Shown piece by piece: positions 38,779 to 47,907 of a stretch of DNA of 64,000 nucleotides. Origin of the DNA: Candidatus Kaiserbacteria bacterium. GTDB lineage: Bacteria > Patescibacteriota > Minisyncoccia > Phycocordibacterales > UBA2100. Under the pieces are notes generated by a model. That model searched no databases. It worked only from the letters and a program-made list of their open reading frames with translations, and was not told the DNA's origin. Location: contig JACPLD010000002.1 in assembly GCA_016186765.1 (NCBI GenBank), forward strand, positions 110,386 through 174,385. Reading direction: 5' to 3'. Position 1 is the stretch's first letter; each line of letters opens with the position of its first letter. A program made the translations under genes and the position numbers.

Positions 38779-39045
38779 GTGATGACGCGAGAAAAGGTCG
38801 AAGTCATCGTGGGCTGGGTAGCGGTGGCGGCGGGAGTCGCCATGTACGCGAGCTTCATTGATCAGATCCAACTGAACCTTGCTGGCCAAAAGGGCTCGTG
38901 GATCCTGGCGACTTGCGCCCTCGCGAATAGCACCCTGTGGTTTTTCTACGGGATCCTGAAAAGGCCCGTGGATTGGTGTCTCGCAGTGGTGAATCCGCCG
39001 GGGATCTTTTTGGCAGCAACCGCCATCGTGACGACGTTCTGGTGA
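38779..39045 (+). CDS. SemiSWEET-like small transporter
   Basis: Three TM helices, MY.S.IDQI..NL.G.KG and N..LW..YG...D......N.PG pattern. Confidence 0.75.
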   Translation: MMTREKVEVIVGWVAVAAGVAMYASFIDQIQLNLAGQKGSWILATCALANSTLWFFYGILKRPVDWCLAVVNPPGIFLAATAIVTTFW

Positions 39046-39076
39046 TCGAGGGCTGCTCTGAACTTTTCATTGAAAA

Positions 39077-39107
39077 GCGCCGCGCAGGGAAGCTTCCTGC
39101 GCGGCGC
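39077..39107. terminator. GC-rich hairpin terminator
   Basis: GCGCCGCGCAGG/CCTGCGCGGCGC 12-bp stem followed by T-rich sequence. Confidence 0.65.
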
Positions 39108-39214
39108 ATCGTTTTAATTGTTTTGCGCCTGAAAGCAGCATTTCTTGCGTTTCCGCTGATTTCAGCTACATTACTGGAACGCCTTCGGGCTCCGCCAGCT
39201 GGCGGATTATTTAT

Positions 39215-41356
39215 ATGGCACGAGACTACCCACTAGAGAAAGTTAGAAATTTTGGGATTATTGCGCACATTGATGCGGGGAAAACAACCACGTCGGAGCG
39301 GATCCTTTTTTACACGGGGATGTCACACAAAATCGGCGAAGTGCACGAGGGCGACACGGTGACCGACTGGATGGAGCAGGAGCGCGAGCGCGGCATCACG
39401 ATTACCGCCGCCGCCATCACGTGTTTCTGGAACCCCACGTACATGCTAGAGGACACCTCGTACAAACACCGCTTCAATATTATCGATACTCCCGGCCACA
39501 TCGACTTTACCTCGGAAGTGAAGAGAAGTATGCGCGTTCTTGACGGCGCAGTCGTCGTCTTCGACGGCGTTGCGGGTGTCGAGCCGCAAAGCGAAACCAA
39601 CTGGCGTTACGCCGAGGAGGCGAACGTGCCCCGCATCTGCTACATCAACAAGCTCGACCGCACGGGTGCCTCTTTCGAAAAATCGTTTGCAAGTATCTTG
39701 GAGCGGCTTTCAACGAAAGCCGTGCGTTTCCAGATCCCCGTCGGCGCAGAAGGAGATTTCTCCGGCGTTGTAGACCTTCTCACGATGAAAGCATACGAAT
39801 TCGAGGGTGAGATGGGCAAAGACGTCATCGCCTATGATGTGCCGAAGAATTTGAAGGCCGAGGCCGAAAAATATCGCCACGAGCTTATCGAAAAGATCGT
39901 CGAGCATGACGATGCGGTGATGCACGATTACTTGGAAGGAAAAGAAATCCCGCTTGAGACGCTAAAAAAGACACTCCGCAAAGCGGTCATCGCGAACAAA
40001 ATTTTCCCTGTCTTGACCGGCTCGTCGCTCAAGAACAAAGGCGTGCAGCTCGTCTTGGATGCTGTCGTTGATTATCTACCGAGTCCGCTCGATGTGCCTC
40101 CGGCGAAGGGCACGAATACAGACACGGGCGCCGAGGAGGAGCGCCCGGCTTCCGACGACGCTCCATTCGCAGCGCTCGTGTTTAAACTCCAAGTCGATCC
40201 ATTCGTAGGCGCGCTTTCCTTCTTCCGCGTCTATTCAGGAAGTATCGAAGCTGGTACCTTCGTCTACGATTCTGCGAACAATAAGAAAGAGCGGCTCGGC
40301 CGCATCGTGCGGCTCCAGGCCGACAAGCGCGAAGATGTGAAGATCGTCTACGCAGGCGAGATCGCAGCAGCGGTGGGTCTCAAGGAAGTGAAGATCGGTC
40401 ACACGCTCTGTGATCCGGATCATCCGATTGCACTCGAAGCAATAGTCTTTCCCGAGCCGGTCGTTTCGATGCGTATCGAGCCGAAAACAAAGGCCGATCA
40501 GGAAAAAATGGGTATCGCGCTCTCGCGCCTCTCCGACGAAGACCCGACATTCCGTGTCGCCTCTGATCCGGAGACGATGGAAACCATCGTCTCCGGCATG
40601 GGAGAGCTGCACCTCGAAATCATCGTCGATCGCATGAAGCGCGAGTTTGGCGTGGAAGCCTCGACAGGAAAACCGCAGGTCGCCTACCGCGAAACGGTGC
40701 AGGGCACGAGTGATGTCGAGTACAAGCACATCAAGCAAACAGGTGGTCGCGGCCAATATGGCCACGTGAAGATCCGCGTGAAGCCGCTTGAACCACTTGT
40801 CGCAGGGAAGAAGGTGAAGAACAACGTCGAGCGCGAGGAACACTTCGAGTTCATCAACAGCATCAAAGGAGGCGTCATCCCGCAGGAATATATCACTCCC
40901 ATCAAAAAGGGCCTCAAAGAGGCGATGGACCGCGGGGTGCTCGCGGGCTTTCCGGTCGTCGATGTGTCCGTCGATCTCTACGACGGCAGCTATCACGAAG
41001 TTGATTCATCCGAAATCGCATTCAAACTCGCAGCGATTAATGCGATGCAGGAAGCCGTGCAAAAAGCAAAGCCCGTGCTTCTCGAGCCGATCATGAAATT
41101 GGAAGTCGTGACGCCCGAGAAATTCATGGGCGACGTGACGGGCATGATCAACAGCAAGCGCGGCGCGATCGAGAGCTTGAGCGAGCGCGGGCAGGTGAAA
41201 GTTATCACCGCCAAAGTGCCACTCTCGGAGCTCTTTGGCTTCACAACGCAGCTTCGCTCACTAACCGAAGGCCGCGGCGTGCCCAACGTCGAGTTCAGCC
41301 ATTACGCTGTTGTACCTCGAAATGTTCAGGAAGAAATCATAGTGTCACGCAAGTAA
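39215..41356 (+). CDS. fusA: Elongation factor G
   Basis: AHIDAGKTT, RGITI, DTPGH, NKLD; full length. Confidence 0.99.
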   Translation: MARDYPLEKVRNFGIIAHIDAGKTTTSERILFYTGMSHKIGEVHEGDTVTDWMEQERERGITITAAAITCFWNPTYMLEDTSYKHRFNIIDTPGHIDFTSEVKRSMRVLDGAVVVFDGVAGVEPQSETNWRYAEEANVPRICYINKLDRTGASFEKSFASILERLSTKAVRFQIPVGAEGDFSGVVDLLTMKAYEFEGEMGKDVIAYDVPKNLKAEAEKYRHELIEKIVEHDDAVMHDYLEGKEIPLETLKKTLRKAVIANKIFPVLTGSSLKNKGVQLVLDAVVDYLPSPLDVPPAKGTNTDTGAEEERPASDDAPFAALVFKLQVDPFVGALSFFRVYSGSIEAGTFVYDSANNKKERLGRIVRLQADKREDVKIVYAGEIAAAVGLKEVKIGHTLCDPDHPIALEAIVFPEPVVSMRIEPKTKADQEKMGIALSRLSDEDPTFRVASDPETMETIVSGMGELHLEIIVDRMKREFGVEASTGKPQVAYRETVQGTSDVEYKHIKQTGGRGQYGHVKIRVKPLEPLVAGKKVKNNVEREEHFEFINSIKGGVIPQEYITPIKKGLKEAMDRGVLAGFPVVDVSVDLYDGSYHEVDSSEIAFKLAAINAMQEAVQKAKPVLLEPIMKLEVVTPEKFMGDVTGMINSKRGAIESLSERGQVKVITAKVPLSELFGFTTQLRSLTEGRGVPNVEFSHYAVVPRNVQEEIIVSRK

Positions 41357-41358
41357 GA

Positions 41359-41442
41359 GTACCAAAGAACGCCTGCCCCGTAGCCAACGCGAAGCGTTGT
41401 GGTACCGGGGTCGCAGATGAGGTTATCGCCGCGAGGAAATAA
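41359..41442 (+). pseudogene. Orphan diverged copy of the fusA 3' end, interrupted by a palindromic element
   Basis: Removing 41372-41410 gives VPKNVADEVIAARK*, versus VPRNVQEEIIVSRK* at the end of fusA. Confidence 0.85.
41372..41410 (-). repeat. Palindromic element family B (39 bp)
   Basis: Minus strand CCCCGGTACCACAACGCTTCGCGTTGGCTACGGGGCAGG; same arms as 51971-52012. Confidence 0.85.
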
Positions 41443-41576
41443 TCCCCAAAAGTCAGAAAAACGCTCTCGACAAAGGTAAAAAATGTGCCACGATTGAGAC
41501 ATTATCGGAGGTCAATGCCGAGAACTTCTTTGGGCCCAGTGCTCTCTCTGGTCATCCCTGAAGGGGGTTTAATCGT

Positions 41577-41684
41577 ATGAGTTTTACGCACGATGAGTAT
41601 GTGCTCGCGATATTGCAACTTAGCTTTAGCGCAGAGCAGTACCTAGAAGCAATTCTCCGCCTCGAGGCGGAGTTTTGCTTTTGA
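41577..41684 (+). CDS. Candidate 35-aa microprotein
   Basis: MSFTHDEYVLAILQLSFSAEQYLEAILRLEAEFCF with AAGGGGG upstream. Confidence 0.35.
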   Translation: MSFTHDEYVLAILQLSFSAEQYLEAILRLEAEFCF

Positions 41685-41954
41685 CAGGCGCTTTTCCACA
41701 TGCGTTGCGCGAGCTCGAAGCCGCGTGTGCACAAACGGCATGCTCTCGGGAGACGCCCAGTATACGTATGCCGTCTGCTCTGTGACGGCGCCCTAGACTA
41801 GGCGAGACTTGACGGATTCACGGCATTTTTGTTAGTATGCGCGGACGCTAGAGAGGCGGTATTTTTTTGCCCAGCTCAGCCGTAGATGCGGCGGCGAAGG
41901 CAGCCCTTCACTTTTGCGTTGGTATTAAAAAGGTAACAGTCATTTAGTAATTGT

Positions 41955-43154
41955 ATGGCAGCAGAATTTGCACGAACGAAGCCGCACATCAATGTCGGCA
42001 CGATCGGACACGTCGACCACGGCAAGACCACCTTGACCGCGGCGATTTTGAGCGTCCTCTCGAAAGCAGGGAACGGCTACACGGCGACCGTGAAAGGCGT
42101 CGACGACATCGACAAAGCACCTGAAGAAAAAGCGCGCGGCATCACCATTTCACTTTCGCACTCTGAATACGAAACGCCAAAGCGCCACTACGCACACGTC
42201 GACGCTCCTGGGCACGCCGACTACATCAAGAACATGATCACCGGTGCCGCGCAAATGGATGGTGCCATTCTTGTGGTCGCTGCTACCGACGGCGTGATGC
42301 CTCAGACACGCGAGCACATTCTCCTTGCGCGGCAGGTGGGTGTACCCAAGATCGTCGTCTTTTTGAACAAGGTTGATCAGGTGGACGACAAAGACCTTGT
42401 GGATCTCGTCGAGGAAGAGGTGCGCGAGCTTCTCACCAAGTATGAATTCGACGGCAAGAACACCCCCGTCATCCGCGGAAGCGGTCTCAAGGCGCTTGAA
42501 AACCCTGCGCCGGGCAACGAGTGGAGCGACAAGGTGATGGAGCTGGTAAAAGCAATCGATGAGTATATCCCCGAGCCGGTGCGTGAGCTCGACAAGCCCT
42601 TCCTCATGGCTATCGAAGACGTCTTCTCCATCGAAGGACGCGGTACTGTCGTTACAGGCCGTATCGACCGCGGAATCATCAAAGTCGGTGAGGAAGTCGA
42701 GATAATCGGCATCAAAGACACGCAGAAGACGATCGTCACCGGCGTCGAAATGTTCAACAAATCGCTGCAACAGGGACAAGCAGGTGATAATGCGGGCGTC
42801 CTCTTGCGAGGCACGAAGAAAGAAGACGTGCACCGCGGCCAAGTGCTCGCAAAGCCGGGCACGGTGAAGCCGCACACGGACTTCGAATCGGAGGTCTACA
42901 TTCTCACCAAGGAGGAAGGAGGTCGCCACACGCCATTCTTCTCCGGCTACAAGCCGCAGTTCTACATCCGCACCACAGATGTGACCGGCGAGGTGACGCT
43001 CAAAGAAGGAGTGGAAATGGTGATGCCGGGCGACACCGTGACATTCAAGGTGAAACTCGTCGGCCCGATCGCCATGGAAGAGCAGATGCGCTTCGCCATC
43101 CGCGAAGGCGGCAAGACCGTCGGAGCTGGCGTCGTTACGAAGATAGTTGCTTAA
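41955..43154 (+). CDS. tuf: Elongation factor Tu
   Basis: [23 protein letters not shown]. Confidence 0.99.
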   Translation: MAAEFARTKPHINVGTIGHVDHGKTTLTAAILSVLSKAGNGYTATVKGVDDIDKAPEEKARGITISLSHSEYETPKRHYAHVDAPGHADYIKNMITGAAQMDGAILVVAATDGVMPQTREHILLARQVGVPKIVVFLNKVDQVDDKDLVDLVEEEVRELLTKYEFDGKNTPVIRGSGLKALENPAPGNEWSDKVMELVKAIDEYIPEPVRELDKPFLMAIEDVFSIEGRGTVVTGRIDRGIIKVGEEVEIIGIKDTQKTIVTGVEMFNKSLQQGQAGDNAGVLLRGTKKEDVHRGQVLAKPGTVKPHTDFESEVYILTKEEGGRHTPFFSGYKPQFYIRTTDVTGEVTLKEGVEMVMPGDTVTFKVKLVGPIAMEEQMRFAIREGGKTVGAGVVTKIVA

Positions 43155-43172
43155 TTCGCTCTCGAACTAAGC

Positions 43173-43204
43173 TAGCAAAACCCCGCGAAAGCGGGGTTTT
43201 GCTA
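43173..43204. terminator. Intrinsic terminator after tuf
   Basis: TAGCAAAACCCCGC-GAAA-GCGGGGTTTTGCTA 14-bp stem. Confidence 0.9.
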
Positions 43205-43239
43205 TACTGGGGCACTACTAGTTTCTAATTACAAAACGT

Positions 43240-43578
43240 ATGAAAAAATTCTTAGTCTTGTACCGGATGGACATGGCAGCGATGCAAAAAATGATGCAAG
43301 AGACCAGTGCAGAGGATAGGAAGAAGAGCATGGGGGAGTGGGCAGAGTGGATGAAAAAGCACATGGCGAATTTCGCCGACGCCGGTGCGCCCGTCGGGAA
43401 GACCACACATGTCACATCGAGCGGAGCTACTGATACCAGCAATGATATTGGCGGCTACTCGATAGTGCAGGCAGAGTCGAAGGAGGCCGCTGCAGCGCTC
43501 TTCGCAGACAACCCGCACCTACAGATGCCCGGAGCAATCGTTGAGCTGATGGAGATAGTGCCGATGCCGGGGATGTAA
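43240..43578 (+). CDS. YciI/DGPF-like ferredoxin-fold protein
   Basis: MKKFLVLY...W.EW...GAPVG...IGGYSIVQA.S...A.....PH pattern. Confidence 0.78.
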   Translation: MKKFLVLYRMDMAAMQKMMQETSAEDRKKSMGEWAEWMKKHMANFADAGAPVGKTTHVTSSGATDTSNDIGGYSIVQAESKEAAAALFADNPHLQMPGAIVELMEIVPMPGM

Positions 43579-43588
43579 CCAAAACTTG

Positions 43589-43619
43589 TCCCGTTAGATG
43601 CGCTAGCTATCTAATGGGA
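43589..43619. repeat. Degenerate short family A element
   Basis: TCCCGTTAGAT...ATCTAATGGGA. Confidence 0.6.
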
Positions 43620-43722
43620 TCGTTGCCTAATGTGGGAGTTTCCGTTGAGACTTCTGGAATGACGCTGGCTTTACAGACGGAACAGATTATTATTATGATT
43701 ATTACTATCAATTATGGTTCTT

Positions 43723-43845
43723 ATGGACGAAGAGTTTTGCGATTGCGGTCCGCACACTACTTGCAAGCCAGGCGATGAAACCTGTACTGGCTGCGGCAAG
43801 AAGTGTCGCCCGAATGCCTCAAAAATAGAGGAGAGAGAGGAATAA
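43723..43845 (+). CDS. Cys-rich microprotein (40 aa), putative metal-binding
   Basis: MDEEFCDCGPHTTCKPGDETCTGCGKKCRPNASKIEEREE; 6 Cys and 1 His; alternative ATG at 43714. Confidence 0.55.
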   Translation: MDEEFCDCGPHTTCKPGDETCTGCGKKCRPNASKIEEREE

Positions 43846-43891
43846 GAAATGTTGCGTTCTGCTCATAGATAGTGCATACTCGGCAGGTTCT

Positions 43892-44317
43892 ATGACAGCG
43901 GAAGAGAAAGTAAAAAAGGCGCGGAAGCCCCGCGCGAAGAAGGTTAGTAAACCTGTCGATGCTTCTTCCGTTGCACCCGCTCCAGCTCCCCGCGTAAAGA
44001 AGGCCGAAACCGCACATCGTCTGCGCATCAAGGTGCGCGCCTACGAGCATGGTGTTTTGGATAATTCCGTAAAGCAGATCATCGATACTGCCGCTCGCTA
44101 CAATGCAGAGATCATCGGTCCGGTGCCGCTTCCTATCGATATCAAAAAATATACGGTGAACCGCGCTGCATTCATCGACAAAGATTCTCGCGAGCAGTTC
44201 GAGATGCGCATCCACAAGCGCATGATCGACATTTTGAATCCTGCCCCGAAGGTCATCGAAGCGTTGACGAATATTGATCTCCCATCCGGCGTCAGTATTG
44301 ATGTGAAAATGATGTAA
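43892..44317 (+). CDS. rpsJ: 30S ribosomal protein S10 with N-terminal extension
   Basis: RIKVRAYEH..LD, GPVPLP, SREQFEMRIHKR. Confidence 0.97.
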   Translation: MTAEEKVKKARKPRAKKVSKPVDASSVAPAPAPRVKKAETAHRLRIKVRAYEHGVLDNSVKQIIDTAARYNAEIIGPVPLPIDIKKYTVNRAAFIDKDSREQFEMRIHKRMIDILNPAPKVIEALTNIDLPSGVSIDVKMM

Positions 44318-44406
44318 AAATCGGCAGTGTCTCTTCGAGCGTACGCTCACGCATAAAGACGGCCTCGCCGGTGAGCGACGAGGCCGATTCTGGTGTTCCG
44401 CGCATG

Positions 44407-44883
44407 TTAGCGGAACGAGACACTTGGCGACTGGCCGCTGCCTACATAGTAGAAAGTGAGCCGTGCCTGCTCGTCGTCCCACGTCGTACCGACTGATGCG
44501 CAGCGATTTCTCGCAAAAATCGGCGCGGCTCCCTCCAGGACAATAGTAGCGCCTGGAGCGATCATCCCGCTCACTGCATACTCCAAGGTGCACGTCAAAC
44601 TGCCGTATCGCTTGAAGCGTCGCGCCTTGCCCGCGAACCATCCGCCGACGATGCTCCCGGTAATGAGAGGCGTTCCCGCCTCGATGCCGATGCTCGCAAG
44701 GCCTGGTCGCGGACGCGAATACGCGATGATGAACTCGCCGGAATCCATAAATCCGGCGGACATCAGCGAGCATTCCTGTGGCACCAGGTTGCACGGCTTG
44801 CTGCCACTGTGCAGGTACCAGTCACCAGCTGTGGCTGCGCCAGGGAACAGCATAGCCACGAAAGCAATCAGAACAGTTCTCAT
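44407..44883 (-). CDS. Hypothetical secreted protein
   Basis: Signal peptide MRTVLIAFVAMLFPGAATA; GAGGAG RBS; downstream hairpin near 44360-44386. Confidence 0.7.
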   Translation of the reverse strand: MRTVLIAFVAMLFPGAATAGDWYLHSGSKPCNLVPQECSLMSAGFMDSGEFIIAYSRPRPGLASIGIEAGTPLITGSIVGGWFAGKARRFKRYGSLTCTLEYAVSGMIAPGATIVLEGAAPIFARNRCASVGTTWDDEQARLTFYYVGSGQSPSVSFR

Positions 44884-45032
44884 GTGTCGTCTCCTCAAGA
44901 TTCACTCGGACTCGCAACAGGCGAGCCGAGGCTGCGTGAACTATAGCCCTGTGTCTACGGCGTGTCGAGAAGCGGGACGTTGGAAAAAAGCAGCCCGCTC
45001 GAAAGCGGGCCGTATCGGCAGAGGTCGCACAT

Positions 45033-45812
45033 TCATTGCAGGCTTGCGGCCGTGGCTTTCATCAGCATCCCGTGGATGTCACGGACCATCTGCCATTGTA
45101 CGTCGCGTTTCCCAAGAAGCGTCTCGACGTTTATGTAGGACTTTCCGTCCTTCCCATACCGGTACGAGAGGCTTCCGTCGTTGATGTCGTGCGCAGGGTC
45201 CTGATACACGACGCTCACATTCTGCTTCGTAAACTTCGCGAAAAGGTCCTCGGTGGTGACGATCACGAAGTTGTACGCGCCGCCCGCGCCGATGTGCACG
45301 AACGTCTTTCCATTCCCGCGGTAGTACAAACCAACCTTCGCATACGAAAGGATGCCGTAGCCGCGTCCCGCGTTGTTGTGCAGTGCGACGAGCGGCATAC
45401 TGCTCGCGCACAGCGCAAGGATGCGATCCGCCAGGCTCTGTACCGCCACATATGCCTTCGGGTCTATGGGCCCGCTCGCGCGCAGCGTGCGCACGATTCC
45501 TTCGTGAGTGAAGATGCGGTTGGGATCGAATTCGTGCTCAATGGTGCCCAGTCGGAAGGAAACCATCCTCCCGCGCGCGTGTATGAGGTCGATAAAACGC
45601 CCGCCGAGTTCCGCAACAAGACGTTCGCCAACGACGCCGGCGTCGATTTCGTTGTGATGAACCCTGATGAACGTCGGCCCTTCGCCGCGATGGAATTCGC
45701 GCAGCGTTACCGTGGTGTCACCCATGTGCACTATATGATCGGTTCTGACCGTGTCCGTCTGTGCAGGCGTGGCAAAGAGAAGTGCGAACGCGATGACGAT
45801 GTGAAAGAACAT
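45033..45812 (-). CDS. Secreted zinc carboxypeptidase-like (M14/deacylase-fold) protein
   Basis: Signal peptide; HHNE (HxxE), DPNR, ALHNN and C-terminal YINVE; AAGGAGG RBS. Confidence 0.65.
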   Translation of the reverse strand: MFFHIVIAFALLFATPAQTDTVRTDHIVHMGDTTVTLREFHRGEGPTFIRVHHNEIDAGVVGERLVAELGGRFIDLIHARGRMVSFRLGTIEHEFDPNRIFTHEGIVRTLRASGPIDPKAYVAVQSLADRILALCASSMPLVALHNNAGRGYGILSYAKVGLYYRGNGKTFVHIGAGGAYNFVIVTTEDLFAKFTKQNVSVVYQDPAHDINDGSLSYRYGKDGKSYINVETLLGKRDVQWQMVRDIHGMLMKATAASLQ

Positions 45813-45905
45813 CTCATGCCCTCCTTCGCTTGAGTGGGGATGATAGTGTAATTAAAGCACGCGGGGCGCGGAGTCGGAAGCACTTTTTCCGATCCGCGGT
45901 ATGCA

Positions 45906-45962
45906 GCACTCACCAATATTGATTTGCCGTCAGGAGTTTCGATAGACGTAAAAATGATGTAG
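45906..45962 (+). pseudogene. Orphan synonymously recoded copy of the rpsJ 3' end
   Basis: Encodes ALTNIDLPSGVSIDVKMM*, identical to the rpsJ C-terminus (44261-44317); 40/57 nt identical. Confidence 0.95.
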
Positions 45963-46059
45963 TTGTTTGGGTCTCCCGCCGCCGAATCCTCTAGAGCATT
46001 GTCAACACGCCCGGCTACCTTACGCGCGTGTTCGGCTTTGCGCGCAGTATACTGGTGTC

Positions 46060-46518
46060 ATGCAGGCGATGATGGTGCGTACGGGTGCGGCACTTTTGGG
46101 CGCTCTTTTTCTCGTTGGGACAATGGCAACGTTCGTGTGGGCGCAGAGTGATACGGAGCTCGAGGCAACGATCCGCACGGCTATCCTTTCGGACCCGCGT
46201 TCGTCGCAGATGTCGGAAGCGGAGATTGACGCAATGGTCGCGGTGCTTGCTGAAGGAGCCAAGGCAGAGGGAATCACCTCTGAAGACATTCTCTGGCGGC
46301 CGCAAGAGATAGCTTCGGAGACGGAATCGAGCGAGGCGTGCGGCTATGCCGCATTTCTCTGCGCTTTGAACGATGCATTCGGCCTCACTGGCTCCGCGGT
46401 TCTCATCCCGCTCCTCCTGGGAATTACCTCGGCGCTCTTGCTTTTTGTCATCGGCTCAATTCTTCTGCATAGCCACGGCCGCCATCCGTTTGTCGGAAGC
46501 TTGCGTACGGAGGAGTAA
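46060..46518 (+). CDS. Hypothetical membrane protein
   Basis: N-terminal signal and C-terminal TM; TATACT 6 nt upstream of the ATG. Confidence 0.72.
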   Translation: MQAMMVRTGAALLGALFLVGTMATFVWAQSDTELEATIRTAILSDPRSSQMSEAEIDAMVAVLAEGAKAEGITSEDILWRPQEIASETESSEACGYAAFLCALNDAFGLTGSAVLIPLLLGITSALLLFVIGSILLHSHGRHPFVGSLRTEE

Positions 46519-46626
46519 GTGTATATAGTGCGCCCACGCCTTTGGAGGCGTTCCATGTCCCCATAAGGGACCAATGGTTGGGCTCGACGCTCGCCATTGC
46601 GAGCGTTTTGCATTGAAGGCGACACA

Positions 46627-47223
46627 ATGAAATACATGCTCGGCACGAAGGGAAGAATGACACAAGTCTTCGACGACGAGGGCACCGTTCATGCCGCGAC
46701 GATCGTGAGCGCGGGGCCTCTAACCGTCACCCAGCTGAAGGCGCCCGAGAAAGACGGCTACAGCAGCGTGCAGGTTGGCTACGGTGCCGCGAAGAGCTCG
46801 CGCGTGAACAAAGCCCAAGGCGAGAAGCCATTCCGGCACTTTCGAGAGTTTGCAAGCGACACGCTCCCCGAAGTAGGCGCAACAATCGACGTTTCTGTGT
46901 TTTCTCCCGGCGATGTTGTTGCCGTTTCCGCCGTTTCAAAAGGGAAAGGGTTCCAAGGTGTCGTGAAGCGACACGGCTTCCACGGCGGTCCGCGCTCTCA
47001 CGGTCAGAAGAACAAGGAGCGCGCGCCCGGCTCGATAGGAGGCGGGGGTAGAGCAGGGGCGCGCGTCATTAGGGGAATGCGCATGGCGGGTCGCATGGGA
47101 GGAATGCGCGTCACGGTGAAGAATCTGCGGGTGCTGCAGGTGGACACGGCTCATAACACTCTTCTCATTTCTGGGGCAATACCGGGCTCTCCGGGAACGC
47201 TTGTCGAAATCAGGGGATCCTAG
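46627..47223 (+). CDS. rplC: 50S ribosomal protein L3
   Basis: G.K..MTQVF, SKGKGFQGVVKRH, RMAGRMG. Confidence 0.98.
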   Translation: MKYMLGTKGRMTQVFDDEGTVHAATIVSAGPLTVTQLKAPEKDGYSSVQVGYGAAKSSRVNKAQGEKPFRHFREFASDTLPEVGATIDVSVFSPGDVVAVSAVSKGKGFQGVVKRHGFHGGPRSHGQKNKERAPGSIGGGGRAGARVIRGMRMAGRMGGMRVTVKNLRVLQVDTAHNTLLISGAIPGSPGTLVEIRGS

Positions 47224-47245
47224 TTAGTACAATCTTCGATTTGGT

Positions 47246-47905
47246 ATGGAAGCAATCGTTTACAACAAGGAAGGAAAGAAAAGCGGCTCCGTGAATTTGC
47301 CGGAGAACGTTTTTGGTGTGCAGTGGAACGACGCCTTGATGCATCAAGTGGTGACCTCAATGCAAAGCAACGCGCGTCAACGCATCGCACACACGAAGGG
47401 GCGTGGCGACGTGCGAGGAGGCGGCCGAAAACCATGGCGGCAAAAAGGGACCGGACGCGCTCGTCACGGCTCCATTCGCTCTCCTATCTGGCGAGGTGGC
47501 GGCGTAACCCACGGCCCTCGCAGAGAGAAAAACTACACACGCACGATCCCGAAGGGCATACGCGCAAAGGCGCTTTTTATGGCGCTCTCGCAGAAACTGA
47601 AAGATAACGAGGTGATTTTTGTCGATTCCTTTGGAATTTCAGCGCCGAAGACGGCGCTTGCGAAAAAGACGCTCACAGCGCTCTCGAAGGCGGGCTTTCC
47701 GCGCATGGGCAAGCAAAAAAACGCAGCGCTCGTCGCGATTCCTGCGAAAGAGAACGCTGTAACGAAGAGCTTTCGAAACATCGGCAACGTCTCGTGCATG
47801 CTGGTCTCGGATCTCAATCCTCTCGCGGTTCTCTCGAATTCGTACGTGGTGATCGAAAATCCAGATGTGGCACTCCCGGTATTGGGTGCCCGCGGCAAAA
47901 AATAA
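47246..47905 (+). CDS. rplD: 50S ribosomal protein L4
   Basis: GGGRKPWRQKGTGRARHGS.RSP.WRGGG. Confidence 0.98.
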   Translation: MEAIVYNKEGKKSGSVNLPENVFGVQWNDALMHQVVTSMQSNARQRIAHTKGRGDVRGGGRKPWRQKGTGRARHGSIRSPIWRGGGVTHGPRREKNYTRTIPKGIRAKALFMALSQKLKDNEVIFVDSFGISAPKTALAKKTLTALSKAGFPRMGKQKNAALVAIPAKENAVTKSFRNIGNVSCMLVSDLNPLAVLSNSYVVIENPDVALPVLGARGKK

Positions 47906-47907
47906 GT

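Noticed and set aside
44261-45962. rpsJ repeat pair as a diversity-generating retroelement VR/TR
   Set aside because: Differences are synonymous and not adenine-specific; no reverse transcriptase present
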